Origin: a virus
Reading direction: 5' to 3' (one strand)
IMG/VR virus record: IMGVR_UViG_3300036861_000733
Coordinates: 5,401-69,400 of that record
Length of the DNA stretch: 64,000 nucleotides
Positions 18,521-26,514 of the stretch are shown in pieces. A model generated the notes under the pieces. It made no database searches. It was not told the DNA's origin and worked only from the letters and a program-made list of their open reading frames with translations. Made by a program: the position numbers and the translations under genes. How positions within the stretch are numbered: position 1 is the stretch's first letter; every line of letters begins with the position of its first letter.

Positions 18521-19309
18521 TCACAGCGCCTCCGCCAGGATCAGCTCGGCCAACCTCCGACGCCGCGCGGCCCTTCGGTAGAACGTCGTGACCGCCTGCT
18601 CCATGTATTTGGTATGAACTGTTGGAGTCGAAGTTTGGTCCGCTAGAGTAATCATGGCTCCGAGAACGACAACCAGCCACGAGGCGATCCCTAGCTCTTC
18701 GGCTAACACTCCGGCAGCTTGTTTGACTGATCCGCTGAAACGGTGGAAGTTGATACGGCGACTGCCAGATCCGGACGCATCGGCAAGCGACACGGTGAAC
18801 GTCCAGAACCAGTGATACAGCTCGACTAGATCGTCGCCGTCGATGTTGTTAGCTGAGTTGAGCTGACGTTTAAGACGGATGAGAGCGCCAACGTCGACGT
18901 TTTCGGAGATAATCTGAATGCCATACGATGCACAACAAGCAAGTGTGGTTGGAAGAGACGGTTGTGTGTTGGCCGGAACACGAGAACGGAGGATGTCGAG
19001 GTCGGCGCGCATGTAGTTAGGTAAGGAATAAACGGTAAGTTCCTCCTCCCCTGCCCAACGGTCCCGGTCGATCGTCAGCTCGTGGAGGACGTCGAAGTCA
19101 GGAGCGAACTGGTCGGTCGGGGCGGGGCCGGCGGGATAGGAGCCAGGAGATCCGATAGGCGGGAAGGCCGAGGAGGGCGAGGACAGAGACGATTGGCCGC
19201 GCGGACGCGGGTGGTCTGAGCCTTGGGCTGGGCGGCGGAAGCGGGTGACGGTCGAGCGGGCAGACGTGCCCGCGGATGCGTGGGCGGACGTGCGGCCCGG
19301 GTCGGTCAT
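18521..19309 (-). CDS. Hypothetical protein of 262 aa. The N-terminal 70 aa are Pro/Ser-rich low-complexity sequence.
   Basis: A lone minus-strand gene sitting between two plus-strand blocks. Confidence 0.45.
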   Translation of the reverse strand: MTDPGRTSAHASAGTSARSTVTRFRRPAQGSDHPRPRGQSSLSSPSSAFPPIGSPGSYPAGPAPTDQFAPDFDVLHELTIDRDRWAGEEELTVYSLPNYMRADLDILRSRVPANTQPSLPTTLACCASYGIQIISENVDVGALIRLKRQLNSANNIDGDDLVELYHWFWTFTVSLADASGSGSRRINFHRFSGSVKQAAGVLAEELGIASWLVVVLGAMITLADQTSTPTVHTKYMEQAVTTFYRRAARRRRLAELILAEAL

Positions 19310-19437
19310 GCGAGAGGCCGGTCCATGCTTGGTCTACGGGTTGTGGTCGTCACGAGGTGCCCTCCAAGGGGTTGAGGTCAGTACCTTGTGTAAGTGACCT
19401 GGAGTCTGTAGGTTAGCGCAGGAGAGGGAAGATGGCA

Positions 19438-19474
19438 ATAGGGGCTTGACAAACGCCTAGTAGGGTGGTAGACT
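19438..19474 (+). promoter_or_regulatory. Promoter, copy of the conserved element
   Basis: TAGGGGCTTGACA-AACGCCTA; TTGACA at 19446-19451, a 17-nt spacer, and TAGACT at 19469-19474. Confidence 0.55.
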
Positions 19475-19504
19475 TCACGCTGGGAAATAAGAGAAGTCCA
19501 AAAC

Positions 19505-19801
19505 ATGAGCAAGCACACACCAGGACCGTGGCACGTCAGCATGTCGGGGAACCTTGTGCGCGCCGACCTTCCTGGCGCTCCGGATGTTGCCGAAATCTAC
19601 GGCAACGGCGTGGTGGAGCATGACGCCAATGCTCGCCTGATCGCCAAGGCACCAGAGTTGCTGGAGGCGATCCGTGATCTGCTGAGTTGGCGCAGTGTGC
19701 TCGCTCCGTTGCTCGGCCGTTTACCGGATGGCGGGTCAGCCATTCGTGATAGCTTCGCTCGCGCCGCCATCGTAGTAGCAGAGGAAGATGCGAGTGACTA
19801 A
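19505..19801 (+). CDS. Hypothetical protein, 98 aa
   Basis: First gene downstream of the promoter. Confidence 0.45.
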   Translation: MSKHTPGPWHVSMSGNLVRADLPGAPDVAEIYGNGVVEHDANARLIAKAPELLEAIRDLLSWRSVLAPLLGRLPDGGSAIRDSFARAAIVVAEEDASD

Positions 19802-20027
19802 GCCCAAACTTACGCCGGAGATTGGCGACCTGGTCGAGGTTGGCGAACCCTGGAACATGCGCGGCATCGTTCTCGCCGACGACAGCGTCTGGTGGTGCGC
19901 CAATAATCATTTCGACGTGTCTCACTGCATTGTTAACAAGAAAGACATTGTCAGAATCGTCGAACCTCGCGCTGTCAGACCGGACTTGGTTCCGTACTTG
20001 CAACAGCACGGAGTCAGGAATGGCTAA
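19788..20027 (+). CDS. Hypothetical protein, 79 aa
   Basis: Overlaps the previous gene; GAGGAAG Shine-Dalgarno. Confidence 0.4.
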   Translation: MRVTKPKLTPEIGDLVEVGEPWNMRGIVLADDSVWWCANNHFDVSHCIVNKKDIVRIVEPRAVRPDLVPYLQQHGVRNG

Positions 20028-20072
20028 TCCGGCGCCGTCTCCACTCATCGTCCAAAGAAAGAGGAGGAATAG

Positions 20073-20264
20073 GTGTATAAACCAAAAGTGGGCGACTCAA
20101 TCGAGAAGACGGCATTGGCCCTTGTAGCACTAGCAAAGGAAACCGGCCGCCAGCGGGCCACCGAATTCAACGGCGTGCTTCTGCTTGCACAACCCGAATC
20201 ATCCGCAAGAGACATCGTGACTCGGTACAGAGCTGACATTGCGCGTAGTGCAGACGCAGACTGA
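20073..20264 (+). CDS. Hypothetical protein with a GTG start
   Basis: GAGGAGG Shine-Dalgarno 5 nt upstream. Confidence 0.4.
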   Translation: MYKPKVGDSIEKTALALVALAKETGRQRATEFNGVLLLAQPESSARDIVTRYRADIARSADAD

Positions 20265-20276
20265 GAGTAAAAACTA

Positions 20277-20588
20277 GTGGCCAGTTCTTGGATCACCGAC
20301 ATCCTCTATCGCCGCGTCACGGGTCCGGACGGTCACCGTCAGACGTTCCTCGCGTTGTTCGTCGGCCGCGACGTTGCGCTGCTTTATGGTAACAGCATGA
20401 ACGATGCTCAGGTATTACCGCCGTGGCTTCCTGGATTGTTGGCGGCCGGTATTGTAAGGAATGGCCGCCGATCAACAGGACGCGCGTACAACCGTCTATT
20501 GCAAGCGAAGGGGTTCACGTATCAAAGGGTTGAAGGGCGAGAGAAGGTTGAAGAGTTGAGACGACTGATGGAGGCACGGATTCGATGA
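20277..20588 (+). CDS. Hypothetical protein with a GTG start
   Basis: ORF packed with its neighbours. Confidence 0.35.
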   Translation: MASSWITDILYRRVTGPDGHRQTFLALFVGRDVALLYGNSMNDAQVLPPWLPGLLAAGIVRNGRRSTGRAYNRLLQAKGFTYQRVEGREKVEELRRLMEARIR

Positions 20589-20977
20589 CCGACAAACTGG
20601 AGTCGCCAGAGATCATTCAGGAGATCGGCGATAAGTACGGCGAAACCGTAGCAGAGTTCGCGCGCGTCGCTATTGCCTTCAGGCGTCGTCTGGAGGAGCA
20701 TCCGCCAAAGACGAAACAGGAGGCACTAGTCTACGCAACGGTTGATCTGCTTACCATTGCGAGCACGATCTTCTCAGACCACCCGGCGACGGCAGCCTTT
20801 GCTTTGGATGTAGTCGAGTTGACTGAATACTTTCAGGTTTTAGCCTTTGAGGTTCTGACGTCTGCTGCCAAGGCCGGGAGCGACAAGGCAGCCGATGTGG
20901 TGGAAAGGCTGGCGCGCGATCGCAATGCGGCGTCTCTAGCTCAGCGCCTAGGAATCACTTTGGATTCGGGTCGATGA
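20585..20977 (+). CDS. Hypothetical protein, 130 aa
   Basis: ATGA overlap with the upstream gene. Confidence 0.45.
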   Translation: MTDKLESPEIIQEIGDKYGETVAEFARVAIAFRRRLEEHPPKTKQEALVYATVDLLTIASTIFSDHPATAAFALDVVELTEYFQVLAFEVLTSAAKAGSDKAADVVERLARDRNAASLAQRLGITLDSGR

Positions 20978-21177
20978 CAGACAGAGCAGTAGTCGAGTTC
21001 GCAACAATCGCCAGGCTACTCTACGTAACAGATAGCCGCTCGGGACAAAAACTACTGCGCGCCGTCACTAGCTACGTCTGTACCGGCGAGTGCAACAGCA
21101 ATGCCGAAGAGGATTCTGTGTGCGGAGGGGTCTGTGCTGTTTGTACAACGATCGATGAAGGAAGAAAGAAACTTTGA
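20974..21177 (+). CDS. Small Cys-rich protein
   Basis: CTGEC...C..C..C pattern; ATGA overlap. Confidence 0.4.
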   Translation: MTDRAVVEFATIARLLYVTDSRSGQKLLRAVTSYVCTGECNSNAEEDSVCGGVCAVCTTIDEGRKKL

Positions 21178-21222
21178 TGGCTGCCGCATACTTTTGAGAA
21201 GATAGCGGAGGATAAGATAAAG

Positions 21223-21858
21223 ATGACCACACTCCAAGCGATCGAAGCCGGACTCGAACCGGATGCGCTGGCCTTCTACTCGGTCCACTGCGCTTGGTGG
21301 ACCACCGACTCCAAGGACCTCGGCGAAATTCCCGGCGCAGGCCTCCCCTGCTGCCCCTATTGCGGAAGCGTGCTCATGCAGGCGTCGGCCGCCGACTTCA
21401 TCTCCAGGGCACGGGAGAACCCAGAGCGTTACGGCCCTGACGGGCTCGCAGCCTTTGCCCGAGCGCACCACAGCTCAGGCCTTCACGCGGTAAACTGGAG
21501 TGACTTTCGAAGCGAACCGATCCGCTTCCCGCGCCAGACGCGCGAACTCTCGACCGAGAAAAGCATCCGTTGCGTCCGGTGCGGCAGCGAGTTCTCGGAG
21601 GTCGAGACCGCGGGGGCGAGGGGCTGCCCGAACTGCGGCGCGACGAGCGTCCCGATGGCGATCGCGCAGGACGTGACGGTGAAGGTGAACTGGCACGAGC
21701 TGCGCGTCCTCGGCATCTGGGCCAACAATTGGGCTGCCGTTTGTGACGAGCAAGATCCTACAGGCGATGCCAAGGGCGCGATCGCGGGGACTCTGCGGCG
21801 GCTCGAAGCCCAGCATCCAAACCGGCCGCCGTTGACGCTCATGGGCGAACTGTGGTAA
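21223..21858 (+). CDS. Zinc-ribbon-containing protein, 211 aa
   Basis: CCPYCG...CVRCG...CPNCG motifs. Confidence 0.5.
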   Translation: MTTLQAIEAGLEPDALAFYSVHCAWWTTDSKDLGEIPGAGLPCCPYCGSVLMQASAADFISRARENPERYGPDGLAAFARAHHSSGLHAVNWSDFRSEPIRFPRQTRELSTEKSIRCVRCGSEFSEVETAGARGCPNCGATSVPMAIAQDVTVKVNWHELRVLGIWANNWAAVCDEQDPTGDAKGAIAGTLRRLEAQHPNRPPLTLMGELW

Positions 21859-21953
21859 AGCTGCAAGAGATCTACCCGAGCATGTCGGCGACGGACCTCT
21901 TTGGCCGCACCGTGATCGAGCCGAAGAAGCCGGATTAAGCCCCACCTCTCACC

Positions 21954-22277
21954 ATGCCCTGGCATTACTTCAAAGGTCCGTCAGAGTCTGATGAGCGCGC
22001 GCTGAATCTCCGGCTCGACGCAATCGCGGCCAGCCTTGACGAACCGCCGGCCGAACATTCAAGCTTGTGCGTGGATACGGGGTTGTCGGAGATTGGATTG
22101 GAAAAGATTGGAATACCGGCACCACCGCAACGTCAGTATGATTCAGGTTTTGAAGAGGAACACTCTAATCGTGGCAGGCGCACGGCGACGTTGATGGCGT
22201 TCGCCCCGTGGTGGTCAGATCCGGACGTGCGTATGACCGAGGAGTGGAGAAGGAAGAATCGTTCTAGCAACACGTGA
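21954..22277 (+). CDS. Hypothetical protein, 107 aa
   Basis: Last gene of the plus-strand block. Confidence 0.4.
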   Translation: MPWHYFKGPSESDERALNLRLDAIAASLDEPPAEHSSLCVDTGLSEIGLEKIGIPAPPQRQYDSGFEEEHSNRGRRTATLMAFAPWWSDPDVRMTEEWRRKNRSSNT

Positions 22278-22341
22278 AGTGTGCGATTTCGTGGATGACG
22301 GTGGATAACGGCGGATGACTTGGAGCTATCCTTCGCCTCCG

Positions 22342-22773
22342 TTATCCGCCGTCTTCATCGTCCTCGTTCTCCCCGCCGTTCTTCTTCGCCAACACCCGGT
22401 AGCTCGGCTGTCCTTCGACCATCGCCTTTTCGATCGTTCGCATCGGCACGCCCAATTCCACAAGCCGCGTTTTCGACAATCTCTTGCCACCTGCCACCTT
22501 GATTGCCAACCATCCTTCACCTTCAACCTTGACCAGCTTCAATCTGTCGAGTGTGGGTTGGACGATGGTGGCGACGAGATCGTTCTTGAGCGCGGTCAGG
22601 ACGGCGATCTGCGATTGGTAGTCGCGGATCTCGGCGCAGGCGGAAGCGAGAGAGCGGCGGGCGGTCTTGTCGCGGATCGAGGCCAAAGGGGTGGGAGGTG
22701 GCGATGGGATGGGCTTATTTTTGGAGACAACCTGCTTGGAGGCTTGCTTAGAGACAGTCTGCGTAGTAGGCAT
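22342..22773 (-). CDS. Hypothetical protein, 143 aa
   Basis: ORF in the minus-strand unit driven from 23301. Confidence 0.4.
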   Translation of the reverse strand: MPTTQTVSKQASKQVVSKNKPIPSPPPTPLASIRDKTARRSLASACAEIRDYQSQIAVLTALKNDLVATIVQPTLDRLKLVKVEGEGWLAIKVAGGKRLSKTRLVELGVPMRTIEKAMVEGQPSYRVLAKKNGGENEDDEDGG

Positions 22774-23050
22774 CCCACATCTCCTTGAAATGAGCTACGT
22801 CGTCTTGAAAACACTCGCCGCAGCAGACGATCCAATTGCTCCCGTCGTTTGCATAGGCGGTGTTGCGGCGACGTTTGCGAACGTCGTCGCGCGGTTGTTG
22901 ACAGAATGGACAGATCGTTTCGGCAGTCGGCTCGGAGATGTCCAAACCGGCGCCGACGAGATGAGCTATGGTGAGTTTGACGGCTTCGGCTTCGGCTAGT
23001 TCGGCCGCTAAACCGTTGCCTAGATTGTCGGGCTCGTCCGTATCAATCAT
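22748..23050 (-). CDS. Zinc-finger protein with CPFC...CCGEC. The start was trimmed to the ATGA overlap with the upstream gene.
   Basis: The trimmed ORF starts exactly at the stop of 23047..23265. Confidence 0.4.
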   Translation of the reverse strand: MIDTDEPDNLGNGLAAELAEAEAVKLTIAHLVGAGLDISEPTAETICPFCQQPRDDVRKRRRNTAYANDGSNWIVCCGECFQDDVAHFKEMWDAYYADCL

Positions 23051-23265
23051 GACAGGGGCGGGAGGTGTCCAGCGATTAACCAGTAGACTAGAGTAGTAAT
23101 GCTCGTGCCGATCACCATCAGCGCCAGACGGTAAACGATCCGATTGGCTGCTGGTAATGGGCTGATGAGCGGCCCGACTCCGGTAGCTTGATCCACCCAA
23201 GCGCCGAACAGAGACAGGAGACCGAGACAGCCGATATTGACAAGGAGGCGGAGCGCGATGCTCAT
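23047..23265 (-). CDS. Small membrane protein with two transmembrane segments. The start is placed at the ATG, which is 9 nt inside the track GTG start.
   Basis: Hydrophobic; apparently leaderless, since the -10 TACGGT lies 7 nt upstream of the ATG. Confidence 0.4.
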   Translation of the reverse strand: MSIALRLLVNIGCLGLLSLFGAWVDQATGVGPLISPLPAANRIVYRLALMVIGTSITTLVYWLIAGHLPPLS

Positions 23266-23272
23266 AGAGGCC

Positions 23273-23343
23273 ACCGTAGCACGGAACTAGGAGCGTGTCA
23301 AGCCCCTAACCCGCTTGACAGAGACCACCCCGGGGTGCTAGCG
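23273..23343. promoter_or_regulatory. Divergent promoter pair built from two copies of the conserved element
   Basis: Minus strand: TTAGGGGCTTGACA, 17 nt, TACGGT. Plus strand: CGCTTGACA at 23312-23320, 17 nt, then the TGCTAGCGT region. Confidence 0.5.
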
Positions 23344-23386
23344 TGTGCCTGTGAGCAGCAGACAGCCAACCACGAGAGGAGAAGGC

Positions 23387-23692
23387 ATGAGACGAATCGC
23401 CCTCGCACTGTGTACGGTGCTGGCGGTCCTCGGCGTCTTCGGACTGGCGCCTCCGACCGTCAACACGCTTCAGCCGGTCGCCATCCTGACGGCGCCCGCG
23501 CTGAGCGCACTCGACACGCTGGCCGCACCGCACGCGACCGTTGTGGCGGCCCAGGTCGAGATGAAATTGATGATGATGACGAAGGACGCGACGCACTACG
23601 CGATCGACGACAACCTGAACGGCAACGCCGGGGAGAACATGGCGCTGGCAGACGTCGGCCTGAATGACCGCGCTCACCCGCTGCTCTGCTGA
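23387..23692 (+). CDS. Secreted protein with a signal peptide, about 101 aa
   Basis: GAGAGGAGAAGG Shine-Dalgarno; N-terminal MRRIALALCTVLAVLGVFGLA. Confidence 0.45.
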   Translation: MRRIALALCTVLAVLGVFGLAPPTVNTLQPVAILTAPALSALDTLAAPHATVVAAQVEMKLMMMTKDATHYAIDDNLNGNAGENMALADVGLNDRAHPLLC

Positions 23693-23740
23693 CGACACGA
23701 TCGGCACAGGGCCGTCCGGGACCGTCGCGGGAAGCCAAAG

Positions 23741-23783
23741 GGGCGCTCTGAGCCGGGCGCCTCTTCTCTTTAACTGATGGTTT
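23741..23783 (+). terminator. Rho-independent-like terminator: a GGCGC/GCGCC stem followed by TCTTCTCTTT
   Basis: Hairpin plus a T-rich tract immediately after the stop at 23692. Confidence 0.45.
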
Positions 23784-24896
23784 TTACGGACTCTGCGGGC
23801 AGGGCTCCGGCCGGAAGCCCACTCGCAGGTCGCCGTCCACCACAAGCGCGCGGAGACTGCCGCCGGGAATGTTGACGCAGAGCGAGGTGCAGACGGCAAC
23901 GGGTGGCGGCTTGTTACCGTCCGGCGGGGGCAGAGGAGGCGGAGGCGGAGGCGGAGGCGGAGGCGGAGGCGGAGGCGGAGGCGGAGGCGGAGGCGGAGGA
24001 GGCGGCACATCACCCACCACGACGGCGATCGGCACCTTGACCACGTACCCTGTCGCCGTGAGCGTCAGCGTGGCACCATAGACCCCCTTCGGCGTACTGG
24101 CGCTTGCGCTCAGGGCAAGTGTGAGCAGTCCGGGGCCGCCGTTGACCGGCACCCTGCCAGCGGTTAGGGCCAGACCGGGATCCCACTCGCCAAGCTGTAT
24201 CGAGCGCACCCACCGGCGGCCGGCGCCGTCCGTCTCGACGCGGATCTCTTGTGAGGTCAACGCGGGCACACCGGCGAGGTCGAAGCGGACGGAGGTGGGC
24301 TTTGGTGTAAGCGGGACAGCCGCGGGCGGCCCCTCCCCGGAAACGATTCCGAGCAGGTCTCTGCACCCCTGCCGCACCGTGCTAGCCAATTGCGAGTCGA
24401 AGCGGATGTCCTCAAGTGGGCGATCTCCTGGGAACCGGGGCGGACCATCGGCCACGGAGATGCGCGACGGGAAGCGCACCGGATCTTTACGGGTGAGGTC
24501 TGGGTAGCACTGGATAGAGAAGTCGTGGGGGTCAATCACGCCTGATTCGGAGTGCAGAGGTCCGACCCTGTAGTAGAGGCGGAGCACCCCGAGCTGCCCT
24601 ACGTCGGCCGGGTTGAAGGTGCGCCAGCCTCCGTAGAAAATCTCGAGACCGGCTGCGGTCTGCCGGATGGCACCGGCGTTGATACCGTCCGCGTACTTCC
24701 CGGCGCTCCCCGCCTTGAACTGCGGTGTGTACGGCGCGCGGTCCCACAGAAGCGAGGCCAGCTCGGGCGGTCGCTCCGGAAAGACGTAGGTGTGGTCTGT
24801 AGCAACGGCTGTGGCAGCGGTTGCTGCGACCAGGAAGAGCGCCAGGAGGAAGAAGCGCTCGGGGTTCAAGCGACCGGAGGGAGTTTTGCGGATCAT
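23784..24896 (-). CDS. Secreted protein with a signal peptide, a 26-residue poly-proline tract and a Cys-rich C-terminus
   Basis: Start trimmed to the Met preceded by an AAGGAG Shine-Dalgarno; signal peptide FFLLALFLVAATAATAVA; the P26 run is encoded by a (GGAGGC)n repeat. Confidence 0.55.
   Translation of the reverse strand: MIRKTPSGRLNPERFFLLALFLVAATAATAVATDHTYVFPERPPELASLLWDRAPYTPQFKAGSAGKYADGINAGAIRQTAAGLEIFYGGWRTFNPADVGQLGVLRLYYRVGPLHSESGVIDPHDFSIQCYPDLTRKDPVRFPSRISVADGPPRFPGDRPLEDIRFDSQLASTVRQGCRDLLGIVSGEGPPAAVPLTPKPTSVRFDLAGVPALTSQEIRVETDGAGRRWVRSIQLGEWDPGLALTAGRVPVNGGPGLLTLALSASASTPKGVYGATLTLTATGYVVKVPIAVVVGDVPPPPPPPPPPPPPPPPPPPPPPPPLPPPDGNKPPPVAVCTSLCVNIPGGSLRALVVDGDLRVGFRPEPCPQSP
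23932..24006. repeat. Hexanucleotide tandem repeat (GGAGGC) of about 12 copies, which encodes the poly-proline run on the minus strand
   Basis: Read directly from the sequence. Confidence 0.9.
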
Positions 24897-25186
24897 GTTG
24901 CGCTCCTTTTCTTCGGCAATCTCTGCTAGGGGTGTCCAGGAAGCAGCGTGGCGAGTTGCAGCCGCGCCTTTTCCAGGGCATCTTCGGCTCTGTCGATCTT
25001 GGCGACGACATCTGCCAGCAGCACATTCATCGACCCAGGAAAGCTCCCGCCGTTCTCGTCCCACGCGGCGTGGAGCGTCGGATCTACAGCCTCCATGGTT
25101 TCAAGGAGGGAAGCCGCCTTGTCGCGCGCTCCCAAGGTGCAGTTTCTGATCTTCCAATCGTAGTAGCCGGGCATTATCTGAGTCTC

Positions 25187-25579
25187 CTAGAAGCCTTGCC
25201 TCGCAAGGCGGGTCGATAGGTTGTCATACCGGGCGTCGTTCTTCCCGGAAGTCTCGCGGAGGTCGTTCTTCAACTCCATGATCTGAGCTGCCAACGCTCG
25301 ATTCTGCTCCTCTAGCCGGGCTGTGTCTACCGCTCCCTTAGACATCTCGTTGAGCCGCCGGTCCATCGCATCGAGCCGGTCATTGGTCTGCTTCACCGAC
25401 TCCCTGATGACCTGCTTGAGTTCGCCGATGGAGGCTTCGTTTTGATTCGTGCGGTAGTTGTAGACAGCTAGCGAACCTCCGAAAGAAGCGGCGCCGGATA
25501 CACAGGCAATGAGCACCCCGGGGACTAGCCATTCTTTGCGGGTCAATGCTTGGCGCTCCTCGGTGCATACTTCTTCCAC
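25187..25579 (-). CDS. Membrane-anchored coiled-coil protein, 130 aa
   Basis: N-terminal transmembrane segment LVPGVLIACVSGAASFGGSLAV followed by a heptad-rich charged region. Confidence 0.45.
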   Translation of the reverse strand: MEEVCTEERQALTRKEWLVPGVLIACVSGAASFGGSLAVYNYRTNQNEASIGELKQVIRESVKQTNDRLDAMDRRLNEMSKGAVDTARLEEQNRALAAQIMELKNDLRETSGKNDARYDNLSTRLARQGF

Positions 25580-25983
25580 AGGACCGTGAGCGACTTGGTA
25601 GAAGTGTTCAGATCCAGGATCGCCCGATCCAGGCGTTCCCGCGGCACGGCGCCAGACGCATAGAGCTGGAGAAGGCTCGCCGCGATGTCGATTTCGAGCG
25701 CGGTCTGTCGAGCGGCGGCCCGCACTTTCCCGACGTGCCGATCGCTGATCTTGCCAGCAGCATGGGCGAGTCCAGCCGCCTTGAGCGTTTCGGCGTGCGT
25801 CAGCCGCGCCGTGGCGATCACCAGTTCGTAGGAGAGTGAGCCGATCGGGCTTGCGCCGTCTGCGGAAACGGGCGTCGCCTCTTCTTGGGTTGGAGACTTG
25901 CTAGCGGCCGGCGTCGAAGCGCATGCCGCGAGCGTCAAACTGGCGATGAGCAAGCCATGCCAGCCCATTGCAAACAAGCCCAC
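25543..25983 (-). CDS. Putative lipoprotein, 146 aa
   Basis: Signal peptide with an LTLAAC lipobox. Confidence 0.45.
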   Translation of the reverse strand: MGLFAMGWHGLLIASLTLAACASTPAASKSPTQEEATPVSADGASPIGSLSYELVIATARLTHAETLKAAGLAHAAGKISDRHVGKVRAAARQTALEIDIAASLLQLYASGAVPRERLDRAILDLNTSTKSLTVLWKKYAPRSAKH

Positions 25984-26026
25984 GCCTCACCCCGCCACGC
26001 GCCGAGTCGGCGTCTCGCTCACCTGC

Positions 26027-26389
26027 TTATCGGCCATCGAGTGCCCATCGCGGGATGAAGAAGAGGTTGCCCTTGCTATCTGTGGCGGTGCAAAAGAGGT
26101 TCCCGCACGAGACCAGGGTCAGAGGGTCACACCCTACTGGCTGGCGGTTACCGCACGCATCGCTGCACCAGCCTTGCTCGGCTGCCTGCCGGCAGTAGGC
26201 ACGGAGCTGCACGCGTCCGCTCCGCTTGTTGGGAGGCGTGACCGGGATCAGCGCGCAGGCGGCGAGCAGCAGGGCCGCCGCGAGGAGAACGAAAGCCCGG
26301 AGGACTGCGCGAGCGGTTCTCCGGGGTGTGAAGGCCCGGCTGGGGGCAGTCCTGCTCACGGCCGGTAGTATAACAGAAGAGAGCATTGC
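26027..26389 (-). CDS. Putative Cys-rich lipoprotein. The start was trimmed to an internal Met so that it does not overlap the tRNA-like element.
   Basis: LLLAAC lipobox; 6 Cys in the C-terminal 60 aa. Confidence 0.35.
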   Translation of the reverse strand, partial: AMLSSVILPAVSRTAPSRAFTPRRTARAVLRAFVLLAAALLLAACALIPVTPPNKRSGRVQLRAYCRQAAEQGWCSDACGNRQPVGCDPLTLVSCGNLFCTATDSKGNLFFIPRWALDGR

Positions 26390-26403
26390 GCAACAGGTTG
26401 GGT

Positions 26404-26497
26404 TGGTCGGGGCGAGAGGACTCGAACCTCCGTCTGTCTGTCTGCCTGCCTCCAAAGCAAGCCCATCAAAGCTGTCTGCCACTGGCTTACGCCCCAA
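26404..26497 (-). tRNA. tRNA-like element. The T-arm, acceptor stem and CCA are canonical, and the anticodon stem-loop is Pro(UGG)-like. The D region and variable region are atypically long, so it may be a pseudo-tRNA or an att remnant.
   Basis: Minus strand reads TGGGGCG-TA...CTTGC-TTTGGAG-GCAGG...GGAGG-TTCGAGT-CCTCT-CGCCCCG-A-CCA. Confidence 0.45.
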
Positions 26498-26514
26498 CAT
26501 CTAAGGTTGACGAC

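Noticed and set aside
23306-24013. ORF encoding MMCRLLRLRLRLRLRL...
   Set aside because: It is an alternative-frame translation of the (GGAGGC)n simple repeat. The same repeat gives poly-Pro in the frame of the well-supported secreted protein gene 23784..24896.
25187-25983. Calling the lipoprotein and transmembrane coiled-coil pair bona fide spanins
   Set aside because: The gene order is reversed relative to Rz/Rz1, the pair lies far from the holin, and the host envelope type is unknown. It is reported only as a spanin-like possibility.
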